The notes: a model not told the origin generated them from the sequence alone. Shown: positions 9,637 through 19,703, numbered from the stretch's first letter. The stretch is DNA of 64,000 bases from an uncultured Candidatus Saccharibacteria bacterium (GCA_964411375.1 CAYPKR010000002.1:64894-128893), one strand, 5' to 3'. Numbers and translations: made by a program.

Positions 9637-10731
9637 ATGGTGCGAAAAATGGACAGGGTTTTTCTCGGAGCGGCACTTGCCTTGGTCGTTTCTGGTTTTT
9701 TTATTTTTCTTTCCGCCTCTCTTGGACTTCTCGCACGCGAAGGAGCGACATTTTCCAGTGTCGCTTTCAGCCAAATACTTCTCGGACTTCTAGGCGGTAG
9801 TGTCGCCCTCGTCGTACTTTCAAGATTTCCATACAAACACTACCGACACTATGCGCTGTATTTCGCCATTTTTGCGGCATTCATGTGTCTCTTAGTATTC
9901 GTGCCGCACCTTGGATTTAGCTATAACGGCGCCCGTAGATGGATACATCTCGGGATCTCATTCCAGCCCGCAGAACTCCTGAAAATTGGTGTGGTCATGT
10001 ATTTTGCCGCATATCTCGGTAGTCATCGCGACAAGCTCAAATACATGAAATATGGGTTCTTACCACTTCTCGCGGTTCTTGCAGTTGTTGCTGTCTTACT
10101 TCTATCTCAGCCAGATACGGGAACCTTTTTAGTTCTCGTCTTTGCAATTGTTGGAATGTATCTTGCCGCTGGAGCGCCGTGGAGAGACTTACTCCTTCTC
10201 ATGCTTCTTGCAGCAATCGGACTGGGAGTTATTGCGATGTGGCGACCGTACGTTATGGATCGATTCACCACATTTTTAAACCCAGAAAGTGACCCTTTAG
10301 GATCAGGCTATCAAATACAGCAGTCGCTAATCGCGGTTGGTTCGGGACGATTAGTTGGGCGCGGGTTTGGACAAAGTATCCAGAAATTTAACTTTTTACC
10401 GGAACCAACAGGGGACTCTATCTTTTCTGTTTTTGCTGAAGAATTTGGTCTGATTGGCGGAGCTCTCTTGATTGCACTGTACGCCATTTTCTCGCTTCGA
10501 GGGCTCCGCATAGCCGCCAGGTCACCCGACCTCTTCGGTGGACTCTTGGTTGTGGGGATTGTTATACTGATAGTGTCGCAGTCGTTCGTAAATATCGGCG
10601 CAATGGTTGGCATTTTGCCTCTGACTGGTGTGCCACTTGTGTTTGTGAGTCACGGAGGAACAGCGCTTTTCTTTGCGCTTGCTGAAGTGGGGATCATACT
10701 GAACGTCTCGACGTACTTACGCAAAGCGTAA
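9637..10731 (+). CDS. ftsW: SEDS-family peptidoglycan glycosyltransferase FtsW/RodA
   Basis: SEDS motifs. Lies between mraY and murG. Confidence 0.88.
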   Translation: MVRKMDRVFLGAALALVVSGFFIFLSASLGLLAREGATFSSVAFSQILLGLLGGSVALVVLSRFPYKHYRHYALYFAIFAAFMCLLVFVPHLGFSYNGARRWIHLGISFQPAELLKIGVVMYFAAYLGSHRDKLKYMKYGFLPLLAVLAVVAVLLLSQPDTGTFLVLVFAIVGMYLAAGAPWRDLLLLMLLAAIGLGVIAMWRPYVMDRFTTFLNPESDPLGSGYQIQQSLIAVGSGRLVGRGFGQSIQKFNFLPEPTGDSIFSVFAEEFGLIGGALLIALYAIFSLRGLRIAARSPDLFGGLLVVGIVILIVSQSFVNIGAMVGILPLTGVPLVFVSHGGTALFFALAEVGIILNVSTYLRKA

Positions 10732-10749
10732 GAAAACCATACCAATCAT

Positions 10750-11889
10750 ATGAAAATTGTTTTTACGGGCGGCGGAACCGGCGGTCATTTCTATCCAATA
10801 ATCGCAATCGTCGACGCACTTTTCGATATCACCGATAAGCAAAATCTGCTTCCACCGGAGTTGTTTTATATCGGTCCCGAACCATTCGATGAGCGGGCGC
10901 TTTTTGAACACAACATTCAATTCATTCCAGCTCCTGCAGGAAGGATGCGAAATTATGCATCGATGCATAATTATTTCGACATGATCAAAATCGCGATCGG
11001 CACAATAAAAGCGATTGGCATTCTATTTAAAATTTTTCCTGATGTGGTATTTAGCAAGGGCGGCTACGCGAGCGTACCGACCGTGATGGCAGCACGCATT
11101 TTGAAAATTCCCGTCATTATCCATGACTCCGATGCAGTTCCCGGAAGAGCAAATCTCTGGGCAGCATCCTTTGCGCGACGAATCGGTATTTCATATCCGG
11201 ATGCCGTTTCATATTTTCCCGAAAAAATTCGCACGAAAATTGCCTATACCGGCAATCCGATCAGGAAAGGAATCGTGCAACCCGCAAATGAAGGAGTGTA
11301 CGAATTCCTTGAGCTTTCTCGTGATATCCCAACCATACTAGTACTCGGTGGCTCTCAAGGCGCACAACGCATCAACGACACGATTCTTGAAGCATTGCCG
11401 ATCTTACTTGAAAAATATCAGATCATTCATCAAACCGGCGAGAAAAATTTTGCCGAAGTTAAGGGAACTGCCTCGGTTGCACTCGAAAATAATCCGTACA
11501 AAAATCGATACAAGCTCTTTCCATATCTCCAAGATCTTGCGATTCGTATGTGCGTCGGTGCTGCATCGATTATTGTTTCGCGTGCCGGCTCCGGTTCCAT
11601 CTTCGAAATAGCAGTCTGGCAGAAACCGGCAATTCTCGTGCCTATTCCAGAGGACGTATCAAGAGACCAGCGTCATAACGCATTTGCCTATATGCGTGCC
11701 GGAGGATGTGTCGTGGTTGAAGAAAAAAATCTCTCACCGCATGTCTTATCCGCCGAAATCGATCGGCTGATGGCGCATCCTGAAATTCGAGAACAAATGA
11801 AGGTCGCCGCGCAGAAATTCAAACGACTCGATGCAAGCGAAATACTGGCGAATGAAATTATCCGAATTGCGCTTAAACACGAAGCTTGA
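10750..11889 (+). CDS. murG: UDP-GlcNAc:undecaprenyl-PP-MurNAc-pentapeptide GlcNAc transferase
   Basis: FTGGGTGGHFYP and GGSQGA motifs. Confidence 0.9.
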   Translation: MKIVFTGGGTGGHFYPIIAIVDALFDITDKQNLLPPELFYIGPEPFDERALFEHNIQFIPAPAGRMRNYASMHNYFDMIKIAIGTIKAIGILFKIFPDVVFSKGGYASVPTVMAARILKIPVIIHDSDAVPGRANLWAASFARRIGISYPDAVSYFPEKIRTKIAYTGNPIRKGIVQPANEGVYEFLELSRDIPTILVLGGSQGAQRINDTILEALPILLEKYQIIHQTGEKNFAEVKGTASVALENNPYKNRYKLFPYLQDLAIRMCVGAASIIVSRAGSGSIFEIAVWQKPAILVPIPEDVSRDQRHNAFAYMRAGGCVVVEEKNLSPHVLSAEIDRLMAHPEIREQMKVAAQKFKRLDASEILANEIIRIALKHEA

Positions 11890-13226
11890 GTATGAATACT
11901 GATGTTGTCACACGCTTCCCGCCATCGCCCACCGGGTACCTGCAGGTCGGAAATATCCGAACTGCAATTTTTAACTATCTCTTCGCGAAGAAGCATGGTG
12001 GGAAATTTGTACTTCGTCTTGAAGATACCGATAAGGAACGCTCTAAAGAAGAGTATGCGGAAAGTATTATCGCTGATATGGAGTGGCTTGGATTTTCCTA
12101 CGATGCATTTGCAAAACAAAGTGACCGAGCAAATATTCACCGTGAGTATCTTGAAAAATTAATTGAGGAAGGGAAGGCGTATGTTTCGAAGGAAGATGCG
12201 GAAGAGGGGAAACGTGCTGAGGTAATTCGCTTCAAAAATCCAAACAGAGTCATCTCTTTTCTCGATGCGGTTCGTGGAGAAATCAGCATAGATACGACTG
12301 ATCTTGGTGATTTTGTCATTGCCAAAAGTCTCGATGAGCCACTCTATCATCTTGGCGTTATTGTTGATGATTTTTTGATGGGAATTACTCACGTCATTCG
12401 CGGAGAAGATCATATCTCAAATACACCAAGGCAGATTTTGCTGATCGAAGCAATCGGTGCACCAATTCCAAAATACGCACATTTGCCACTTATTCTTTCT
12501 CCTGATCGCACCAAACTTTCAAAGCGAAACGGATCGGTTTCCCTCAAAAATCTACGCGAAGAAGGATACTTGAAAGAAGCGGTGATCAATTTCCTTGCAC
12601 TCCTTGGTTGGAATCCAGGAACCGAGCAAGAACTCTTTACACTTGAAGAACTCATCGAGGCATTTGATCTTTCACACATTCAAAAAGGCGGCGGTATTTT
12701 TAATATCGATCGACTCAATTGGTTTAACCGCGAGTACATTAAACAACTCGACGACGGAAAGTTTATGGAATATACCTCAGAAAAGCTTTCAAACTATTCT
12801 GATATTGAAGAAATATTCAAAAGCAGTGTAGCTGCACGAACGGACTTGAAACAACGCATTACAACCCTCGGAGAAATTACTCGCCTCGCAGATCAAGGAG
12901 AATTTACGTATTACACTGATACACCCGCACTTGCACCTGAAAAATTACTATGGAAAGGGGAGACTGTTGAAGCGACAATCGTTCGTTTGAAAAAAATTAA
13001 TTCTCTCCTTGAATCGATTGATTCTGAGTGGACAGCGGAGATAATTAAGTCACTGATACTTCCCTATGCAGAAACGGAAGGGAAAGGGGCAGTTCTGTGG
13101 CCAACGCGGTATGCATTTTCTGGAAAAGACCGCTCGCCCGATCCCTTTACCCTTGCAGAAGCCGTTGGAAGAAATGAGTCATTACTACGTCTACAGAAAG
13201 CGATCGAAGTCCTAGAAGTAAACTGA
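11886..13226 (+). CDS. gltX: glutamyl-tRNA synthetase
   Basis: RFPPSPTGYLQVGNIRTA (HIGH region), LRLEDTD and KLSKRNG. Confidence 0.9.
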   Translation: MSMNTDVVTRFPPSPTGYLQVGNIRTAIFNYLFAKKHGGKFVLRLEDTDKERSKEEYAESIIADMEWLGFSYDAFAKQSDRANIHREYLEKLIEEGKAYVSKEDAEEGKRAEVIRFKNPNRVISFLDAVRGEISIDTTDLGDFVIAKSLDEPLYHLGVIVDDFLMGITHVIRGEDHISNTPRQILLIEAIGAPIPKYAHLPLILSPDRTKLSKRNGSVSLKNLREEGYLKEAVINFLALLGWNPGTEQELFTLEELIEAFDLSHIQKGGGIFNIDRLNWFNREYIKQLDDGKFMEYTSEKLSNYSDIEEIFKSSVAARTDLKQRITTLGEITRLADQGEFTYYTDTPALAPEKLLWKGETVEATIVRLKKINSLLESIDSEWTAEIIKSLILPYAETEGKGAVLWPTRYAFSGKDRSPDPFTLAEAVGRNESLLRLQKAIEVLEVN

Positions 13227-14557
13227 TGAATACACTGAAGCCTTCATATATCACACTGTTCATTCTATTTTGTGGCCTTGCCACTCCTATTTTTGCAATC
13301 GGAGACACCGTTGAGGATTTGCAAAACCGGATTCAGGACAGTAACTCGAAGATTCAGGCACTTGAGCAAGAAATTCAGCAATACCAAGGTCAGCTTCAAG
13401 AAGTCGGCAAACAGAAACAGACACTTCAACAGACACTTCAAACCATCGATATTTCACGTAAAAAAACAACGGCGGATATTAACGTTACCGTAAATCGAAT
13501 TAATTCGACCGAGGCTCAAATTCAAGAACTCTCGTACCAAATCGGCGACAAAGAAACCGAAATACTTCGTGACATCGCGGCAGTCCGAGAAGGACTTCGT
13601 GCAATGGACGCACAGGAATCAAATTCAGAAATTGAAACATTCTTATCACACGCAAGCCTCAGTGATTACTGGGATACGCTTCTCGACATCAACCAGTTTG
13701 AAAGCGCGCTTCGCGGAAATATTTCAGACCTTACGACGGTAAAATCGCAACTCCAAGACGCAAAGAAAAGTACTGAAGATAAAAAGCAAACGTTGAGTTC
13801 GCTTCAAAAACAGCTTACCAATCAAAAGGCAGTCCTTGACGCTAATCGCGCGGAAGAAAATAAAGTTCTTACTGAAACCAAAAACAAAGAATCAAACTAT
13901 CAAAAGATTCTTGCCGATAAAGTAAAGGCAAAGCAGCAATTTGAAGCAGAGTTGTTGGATTATGAATCAAAGCTCAAATTTGCACTCGATCCATCAAGTA
14001 TTCCACATACCGGAAATGGCGTTCTGTCGTGGCCATTTTCAAGTGATTATATGCAAAATTGTGCCAAATTAAGTAAGACGCTTGGAAATCCAAACTGCGT
14101 CACACAACCATTTGGAGACACAGCATTTGCAAAAGCTGGCGCATACAGCGGTAAAGGCCATAACGGTGTCGACTTTAGAGCACCAATCGGAACAGAGCTC
14201 CATTCAGTTCTTTCAGGAACAGTCCTCGGGACTGGTAATACCGACTCGATTAGAGGTTGTTATTCATACGGCAAATGGGTGCTTATCCGCCACGATAACG
14301 GCTTATCTTCGCTCTACGGGCATTTATCGGTTATTTCTGTATCTTCTGGCCAACATGTAGAAACGGGACAGGTAATCGGTTATAGCGGTCAAACCGGCTA
14401 TGCAACCGGTCCACACCTCCATTTGAGCCTATTTGCTTCGCAAGGTGTCCAAATCGTCAAATTGACGCAATTTACGGGCAAAGTAACGCCATGTGCAAAT
14501 GCCACAATGCCGGTAGCGCCTCTAAATGCATATCTCGATCCGCTCCAGTATCTATAG
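13226..14557 (+). CDS. M23 metallopeptidase with N-terminal coiled-coil (EnvC-like murein hydrolase activator)
   Basis: Signal/TM segment, a long Q/E/K-rich coiled-coil, and a C-terminal GHNGVDFRAPIGTEL plus GPHLHLSLF LytM domain. Confidence 0.85.
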   Translation: MNTLKPSYITLFILFCGLATPIFAIGDTVEDLQNRIQDSNSKIQALEQEIQQYQGQLQEVGKQKQTLQQTLQTIDISRKKTTADINVTVNRINSTEAQIQELSYQIGDKETEILRDIAAVREGLRAMDAQESNSEIETFLSHASLSDYWDTLLDINQFESALRGNISDLTTVKSQLQDAKKSTEDKKQTLSSLQKQLTNQKAVLDANRAEENKVLTETKNKESNYQKILADKVKAKQQFEAELLDYESKLKFALDPSSIPHTGNGVLSWPFSSDYMQNCAKLSKTLGNPNCVTQPFGDTAFAKAGAYSGKGHNGVDFRAPIGTELHSVLSGTVLGTGNTDSIRGCYSYGKWVLIRHDNGLSSLYGHLSVISVSSGQHVETGQVIGYSGQTGYATGPHLHLSLFASQGVQIVKLTQFTGKVTPCANATMPVAPLNAYLDPLQYL

Positions 14558-14629
14558 AAATAAATTTGATACAATAACCTTGTTCTCCTAATCTAATTTA
14601 TTTTTTAATAATCTAATTACATAGTATCT

Positions 14630-14854
14630 ATGCCATACAAAAGCATTCATATGGCGACGTTCATTCTTCTCGCAGTTGGCGGTTTAAACTGGCTAGCAGT
14701 CGGCCTCGGATATAACCTAGTTGAAATGATTTTAGGAAAAGAGTCCGTATTATCGCACTTCGTATATATCTTGGTTGGACTATCAGCTATTTATGAAATC
14801 GGAACCCATACATGGAATTGTCGAACATGCGTGGAAGAAAAGAAGAAAAAATAA
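14630..14854 (+). CDS. DUF378-family small membrane protein
   Basis: 74 aa with a GGLNWLAVG motif and two TM helices. Confidence 0.55.
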   Translation: MPYKSIHMATFILLAVGGLNWLAVGLGYNLVEMILGKESVLSHFVYILVGLSAIYEIGTHTWNCRTCVEEKKKK

Positions 14855-14874
14855 TCTCATTTATTTATATCGAT

Positions 14875-14906
14875 AAAAAACTTCCAGAAAATTCTGGAAG
14901 TTTTTT
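14875..14906. terminator. intrinsic terminator, bidirectional (A-run, hairpin, T-run)
   Basis: aaaaaa-cttccagaa..ttctggaag-tttttt immediately after the DUF378 gene. Confidence 0.7.
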
Positions 14907-15264
14907 ATTTGTAACGATCTAACAAGGAAATATATTCAAAAAAATATTTAAATAAAAAATAAAATATCGATGGGGTAGGAGATGGGCACTAAAAACTCTA
15001 TCTACATGTATATATTCACGGGCTTAAAGAGATACTCCCTCGGGTCTCCCTAGTATAATAGGTCGCAAAAGATATATTGTGCGACACTTAGCTTCTTTCT
15101 CCCCTAGAGCAGACGCTCTCAAAATTCCAGTAAAAAATATTTTGCGAGTATCACCTGCCCCGATAAAATCGGCTGAATTTTTTAGAAAATATTTTTTGTG
15201 TAATTTTATTAATATATTTTTTACTTCTCTTTTCGACATTTTAATTGTTCGAAAAAAATAAAAA

Positions 15265-15292
15265 ATGACCGGGGAAGTCTTCGGTCATTTTT
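15265..15292 (-). terminator. intrinsic terminator for the EVE-domain gene
   Basis: atgaccg..cggtcat hairpin with an A-run on the plus side (U-run on the minus transcript) and ttttt on the other side. Confidence 0.6.
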
Positions 15293-15324
15293 AGCCAATA
15301 TATGAGGATTGATACATCCCCTAT

Positions 15325-15789
15325 TTATAGGCGACTAGAGCTTTTTGTCATCTCAACAATTTTCTTAAAATGTTTTTCTCCAACTGGCTGAACTGATAAG
15401 CGCGAACCTGTTTGAGTCAAAACCATGTCATTAAACGTTCTGTCTAATTTAAGTGAAGCAAGTGTAATTGGATTTTTATATTCTTGAACGAATGCAATAT
15501 CGACTAAATCCCATATTGGTTTTTCTTTTGATGATTTTGGATCGAAATGTGAATCCTTAGGGTCGAATTGCGTTTTATCTGGATAAGACTCTTTCACTAC
15601 CTTTGCAACACCCACAATGGCTCGTTCATCACCGGAGTGATAGAAAAGAACCATGTCGCCTACTTTCATAGAACGCATATAATTTCGAGCTTGATAATTA
15701 CGGACTCCCGTCCATGCGGTTTTCTTCTCTTTCTTGAGATCTCGAATCGAATAGGCGCTCGGTTCGGTTTTCATGAGCCAATAGTTCAT
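15325..15789 (-). CDS. EVE (PUA-like) domain protein
   Basis: N-terminal NYWLMKTEP motif. 154 aa. Confidence 0.85.
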   Translation of the reverse strand: MNYWLMKTEPSAYSIRDLKKEKKTAWTGVRNYQARNYMRSMKVGDMVLFYHSGDERAIVGVAKVVKESYPDKTQFDPKDSHFDPKSSKEKPIWDLVDIAFVQEYKNPITLASLKLDRTFNDMVLTQTGSRLSVQPVGEKHFKKIVEMTKSSSRL

Positions 15790-15815
15790 AGGCTCAGTAT
15801 ACTATTTTAGTTTAC

Positions 15816-16466
15816 TTAGTTCTCAATCTTTCCGTACTCATACCAGTCAATATTTCTGGTGTAGAACATTACGAGACCAAGGAGAACGAAGACAATGAGC
15901 GAACCGAAAAGAAGCGCGTATTGCTCGAGCATCAAAATCACATAGAGATATCCGTATGCTGCAATCAAAAGTCCAAATAGTTTGCCAGTCTTTTCTCCAC
16001 TTCTAAGTACGGATTTGCTGTACATCGATATAAGCGCGAGTATCATCCCCGTTGCAACAATGTAGGCGTAATTGAATCCTATGTATTCGGCAAATGCCAG
16101 GAGGAGGAGATAAAAGAGTGCGAGTGCTGCGCCGACCAAAAAATATTGTATTGGATGTATCTTGATTTTTGACCCCACTTCAAAGAGAAAGAAGCAGCCG
16201 AATGTGAGCACAAAGAATAGTATCGCGTATTTGACGCTTCGGACGATTTTTCGGTAATCCGTTATTCCTCCTTCACTTCCCTCTTCGCTCTGAATTTGTT
16301 GTTGCGGAACTCCAGTCACTTCGGCAGGTACCGATTTTTGCTTAGCTTCTTCAAAAGCCGACTGACGTTCCTCTACGAGATCCAAGACCAAAAAGCTGAG
16401 GATGAGACAGACAACGCCAACAATTCCAATAAGCGCTAGTTTAAGGGTGATGTAGTCTAATTTCAC
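15816..16466 (-). CDS. membrane protein of unknown function; start uncertain
   Basis: The ORF track runs to 16637, but its first 57 codons read through the 16498-16540 terminator palindrome. A GTG at 16466 is the first start downstream of that hairpin. Multiple TM helices. Confidence 0.5.
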   Translation of the reverse strand: MKLDYITLKLALIGIVGVVCLILSFLVLDLVEERQSAFEEAKQKSVPAEVTGVPQQQIQSEEGSEGGITDYRKIVRSVKYAILFFVLTFGCFFLFEVGSKIKIHPIQYFLVGAALALFYLLLLAFAEYIGFNYAYIVATGMILALISMYSKSVLRSGEKTGKLFGLLIAAYGYLYVILMLEQYALLFGSLIVFVLLGLVMFYTRNIDWYEYGKIEN

Positions 16467-16497
16467 GCCATTATGAACTTCCGATGACTGGAGAAGG

Positions 16498-16540
16498 TTA
16501 CAACAATAAAACCGGCATAATGCCGGTTTTATTGTTGTAA
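16498..16540. terminator. perfect 21-nt-arm palindrome forming a bidirectional intrinsic terminator
   Basis: ttacaacaataaaaccggcat a atgccggttttattgttgtaa, with a GC core flanked by A/T runs. Confidence 0.65.
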
Positions 16541-16549
16541 TAAGTTTGC

Positions 16550-17152
16550 TTATTTTGAGAGTGCAAGCGTTGCAGTTGCTGCAGCACTGAGAGATGGCAT
16601 GCTCTGCTTTTTCCAGCATTTTGCGGACGCATTCCAAGGAGTTGTTCCCTGTCGCTCATAGAGATAGCGAGCGTACATGAGGTTTCCTTCAAGTGTGTGA
16701 AGATCAAGTCCAAGCTTTTTTGCCGTAGCACTGTGATAGCTTTCGTTGACCTGCATCACACCGACGTCTGCAGGGACTTGTTCGCCGCGATACACTTTAC
16801 CGTCGAGTGTAGTCTGACGATAATGTGATTCACAAGAAGCGATTAATTTCATGACCGGGATGTCGGCGAAATAGACTTCCACCTTTTCCTCGACCGTATA
16901 TTTATCCGAATTGAGAAAATCACTCATGCTTTCAGTCGGAGTCGACGTTGCCGATCCGTGCGAAAGCGATGAAGCAAACGCGATTGCAATAAGTGCGATA
17001 AGAATAAGCCTTAGTTTATATCCTAAAGGAAGTCGAAGGCGGTATGCCCTCTTCGCCGGCTCACCAAAACAGTGAGGCAACAAAAAATCCCGGGCCGACA
17101 CCCGAGATACGCTAATAAGACTACCAGAGCTCCAAATGCCGTCAATAATCAC
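16550..17152 (-). CDS. lytic transglycosylase-like (SLT/lysozyme-like) secreted protein
   Basis: CESHYRQ...DVGVMQVNE resembles the SLT catalytic-Glu and MQ motifs. An N-terminal hydrophobic signal segment is present. Start uncertain. Confidence 0.5.
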   Translation of the reverse strand: MIIDGIWSSGSLISVSRVSARDFLLPHCFGEPAKRAYRLRLPLGYKLRLILIALIAIAFASSLSHGSATSTPTESMSDFLNSDKYTVEEKVEVYFADIPVMKLIASCESHYRQTTLDGKVYRGEQVPADVGVMQVNESYHSATAKKLGLDLHTLEGNLMYARYLYERQGTTPWNASAKCWKKQSMPSLSAAATATLALSK

Positions 17153-17251
17153 TCCTTGACAGGCTCCGGAGTAAGGAAAATATGGCTTATATAAAGGATA
17201 TTCTCGGCTACGCCGAGTAAACTATTTTTAATTAAAAGGAGATGAATTTTG

Positions 17252-18001
17252 CTACGCACACAGAAGTGCCATGGCCTTTTCATACGCCTCATCAGCTGAA
17301 TCAACGACCGTAAAAAGCTCTAAATCTTCAGCATTTATGGTGTGTCGGTTATTTAAAAGCTCAGATTGCATCCAATTCACGATCGGCGTCCAATACTCTC
17401 GACCAATCAGGAATATAGGGACTGATCGACTTTTTTTCGTCTGAAGGAGGGTGAGAATTTCGAACAATTCATTCAAGGTGCCAATTCCGCCCGGCATAAA
17501 AAAATATGCTTCAGATGCAAAGGTAAGCATCACCTTCCGGACAAAGAAGTGATGGAAATGCTCAGAATCCGTAACGAAGCGATTCAAGCGCTGTTCGTGC
17601 GGAAGCTCAATATTAAGCCCGATCGAATGTCCGCCCGCCTCGAATGCGCCGCGATTGGATGCCTCCATGATCCCCTTCCCTCCCCCAGAAATAACGGCAA
17701 AGCCGCTTTCAGCCAGCCTTCTTCCGAGACGTCTGGCTTCCTCATAATCAGGATGATCTTCAGGAATGCGGGCAGAACCAAAAATCGTTGCGGCAAGACT
17801 GTACTTCCGTAGGACATCGAATCCATTTACGAATTCTGCAAGAATCTTAAAAAGCCGCCATGAATTCATGTCGGTTTTTTCGCCGCGGAGGAGTTCGCGA
17901 TCGATGCGGCACACATTTGGAATAGTGACTCCAGCGTCAGTCTTTTTGACGACGTCAGTCAACATGTCTTTCAAACTTCGATCATCTTTACGAAGTGCCA
18001 T
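17252..18001 (-). CDS. LOG-family (TIGR00730) Rossmann-fold nucleotide-binding protein
   Basis: IFGSAR, ISGGGKGIMEA and PGGIGTLNELFE motifs. Confidence 0.85.
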   Translation of the reverse strand: MALRKDDRSLKDMLTDVVKKTDAGVTIPNVCRIDRELLRGEKTDMNSWRLFKILAEFVNGFDVLRKYSLAATIFGSARIPEDHPDYEEARRLGRRLAESGFAVISGGGKGIMEASNRGAFEAGGHSIGLNIELPHEQRLNRFVTDSEHFHHFFVRKVMLTFASEAYFFMPGGIGTLNELFEILTLLQTKKSRSVPIFLIGREYWTPIVNWMQSELLNNRHTINAEDLELFTVVDSADEAYEKAMALLCA

Positions 18002-18028
18002 ACCACTACATTATCGGATACTTTGTTT

Positions 18029-18616
18029 TTAACTCCAAGGAATATCGAACTGTTCGAATTCAGGAAGTAATTTTTTTCCGTACAACAGACGCGAAATTAC
18101 TTCGGCATGCGAGAGCGCACCGGTCATGGCGTTGTGCGGTTCTGGTTCGTTTGGGATACCGACATAATTGAGGATTGCATCGAGATCAAGCGCGGAGCGG
18201 TTGTGAACCAGAGGAATTGAAAGTCCTCGCTGAATCATGTGCATGTACGCGAGCGTATGCGTATCAATCGTTCGATATGCGAGCGGCCAATTTTGGTGTA
18301 CCCGCTCCGCTGCTGCTTTCAAAAAATCACGATCAAAGGAAACATTCTGCCCGGCAAGCGTACGATCATTAATGGGTTCAATCCATGTCAAAAATTGCTT
18401 AATCAAATCCCCTTCTGATTCTTTAGAGGAGTCGGTGATTTCTGCTTCGGTAAATCCATTTACCCTGAGTGCATCTTCCATGATGTGTGCGCCGTCCCAA
18501 ATGCGGCATTCGAGATAGAGACGATGACTTGGATTATCAAAATCAAGCGCCCCGAGAGAGACGATAGAGTGTTTGTGATATTCAACGCCGGAAGCTTCGA
18601 CATCAACGACAATCAT
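18029..18616 (-). CDS. DEDDh 3-prime-5-prime exonuclease (DnaQ/oligoribonuclease-like)
   Basis: Exo I motif VDVEASG, Exo II FDRDFL and Exo III HNAMTGALSHAE. Confidence 0.7.
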   Translation of the reverse strand: MIVVDVEASGVEYHKHSIVSLGALDFDNPSHRLYLECRIWDGAHIMEDALRVNGFTEAEITDSSKESEGDLIKQFLTWIEPINDRTLAGQNVSFDRDFLKAAAERVHQNWPLAYRTIDTHTLAYMHMIQRGLSIPLVHNRSALDLDAILNYVGIPNEPEPHNAMTGALSHAEVISRLLYGKKLLPEFEQFDIPWS

Positions 18617-18900
18617 TGTGAATCAGTATACCGTGGAGTGTCCGCTCCGTCACTTTTCGGAGGTTTTTTGGTAAAGATGCCTGCGTCAAGTCGATCAAGA
18701 AGTGCATCGAGCCGATGATGTTTCCCGCGAATACGTAGAATGAGTCGTTTGAACCCCGGAGAGAATCGGTTTAAAAGATAAAAACCGATAACAAGAAATA
18801 TAAATCCCTGGAGAATGGGAAGTGCGAGACCAATGATACCGACTCCCACAAAGAGCCATCCGAAAATAATCGCGGCGATTCGTATGAGTATGGGGATCAT
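18613..18900 (-). CDS. DUF454/YbaN-like small inner-membrane protein
   Basis: 95 aa with two TM helices (GLALPILQGFIFLVIGFYLL). Overlaps its neighbours by 4 nt. Confidence 0.45.
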   Translation of the reverse strand: MIPILIRIAAIIFGWLFVGVGIIGLALPILQGFIFLVIGFYLLNRFSPGFKRLILRIRGKHHRLDALLDRLDAGIFTKKPPKSDGADTPRYTDSQ

Positions 18901-19337
18901 AAGCCTTTGCAGTTTGCCGCCTTATGGTACCCCGCTTCTTCTGCTGCAGATTTTGAATCAAACCAGATTTTATTTTCATCTTTGATACGAGAGGCGCCCG
19001 AACAGGATGGGAGATAATACGCGCTTCCATTTTTTGAGGCAACATACTTCCCTTCCCCAGTTGGGATAACACCTGCATTTTCCGAGACGATCGAGTGGAC
19101 GACGGTCTGCACTGAAGGCGAACTTTCTTCGTCCCCCGAGTAGACCGCAGAAGCCACAGAAGCTTCCTGACCATCCCCATAGATTCGCACAGTCTCCTTC
19201 CCAGTCGAGGCAGAGAGTCGTCCGAGCCCGAAAGAGGCAAAACCGACAAAGATGATTATAAGGGCAATATACAGGTCACTTACGAGGAGTTTTCGTGCTA
19301 AATGCTTGCTTTTTTGAAGCATTTCTTGTATATTCAT
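18897..19337 (-). CDS. membrane-anchored hypothetical protein with a C-terminal Cys-containing conserved module
   Basis: N-terminal TM segment, then YYLPSCSGASRI..NKIWFDSKSAAEEAGYHKAANC at the C-terminus. The start is taken at the internal Met so as not to overlap rpmA. Confidence 0.45.
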   Translation of the reverse strand: MNIQEMLQKSKHLARKLLVSDLYIALIIIFVGFASFGLGRLSASTGKETVRIYGDGQEASVASAVYSGDEESSPSVQTVVHSIVSENAGVIPTGEGKYVASKNGSAYYLPSCSGASRIKDENKIWFDSKSAAEEAGYHKAANCKGL

Positions 19338-19358
19338 ACGGCAAATTAAGTATACAAC

Positions 19359-19631
19359 ATGGCACATAGAAAGGCAGGCGGCACAGCGAAAAACCTCAGA
19401 GATTCAAATCCGAAATACCTCGGCGTTAAGCTCTATGCCGGAGAAAAAGCAAAGACTGGCGCAATTATCGTTCGCCAGCGCGGCACCAAGGTTGAACCAG
19501 GGGTCAACGTAGGACTTGGTAAAGATCACACGCTTTTTGCCCTCAAGGACGGCGTTGTTTCCTTCCGAATGAAACGAAAAACGCGATTCAACGGACACAC
19601 GGTTAGAAAGCAGGTAGTGGATGTAAAATAA
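19359..19631 (+). CDS. rpmA: 50S ribosomal protein L27
   Basis: MAHRKAGG...IIVRQRGTK...GKDHTLFA consensus. Confidence 0.95.
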   Translation: MAHRKAGGTAKNLRDSNPKYLGVKLYAGEKAKTGAIIVRQRGTKVEPGVNVGLGKDHTLFALKDGVVSFRMKRKTRFNGHTVRKQVVDVK

Positions 19632-19640
19632 AAAATCTTA

Positions 19641-19676
19641 AAAATCAGACCGGACAATTTGTCCGGTCTGATTTTT
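19641..19676. terminator. bidirectional intrinsic terminator between convergent rpmA and rplI
   Basis: 15-bp stem aaaaatcagaccggac/gtccggtctgatttt with a U-run on both strands. Confidence 0.75.
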
Positions 19677-19703
19677 AAGTAGAAAAAATTTCAGAAGTGA
19701 TAA

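Noticed and set aside
15024-15261. ORFs 15024..15239 (-) and 15079..15261 (+) in the AT-rich spacer.
   Set aside because: They overlap each other on opposite strands. Their Lys/Phe/Ile-rich composition is driven by AT content, and they sit between two terminators.
17160-17251. SD-preceded 23-aa ORF (MNFATHTEVPWPF...) and a TTGACA-N17-TATGGC element upstream of the lytic transglycosylase gene.
   Set aside because: The ORF is antisense to the LOG gene 3-prime end and too short to evaluate. It is probably coincidental.
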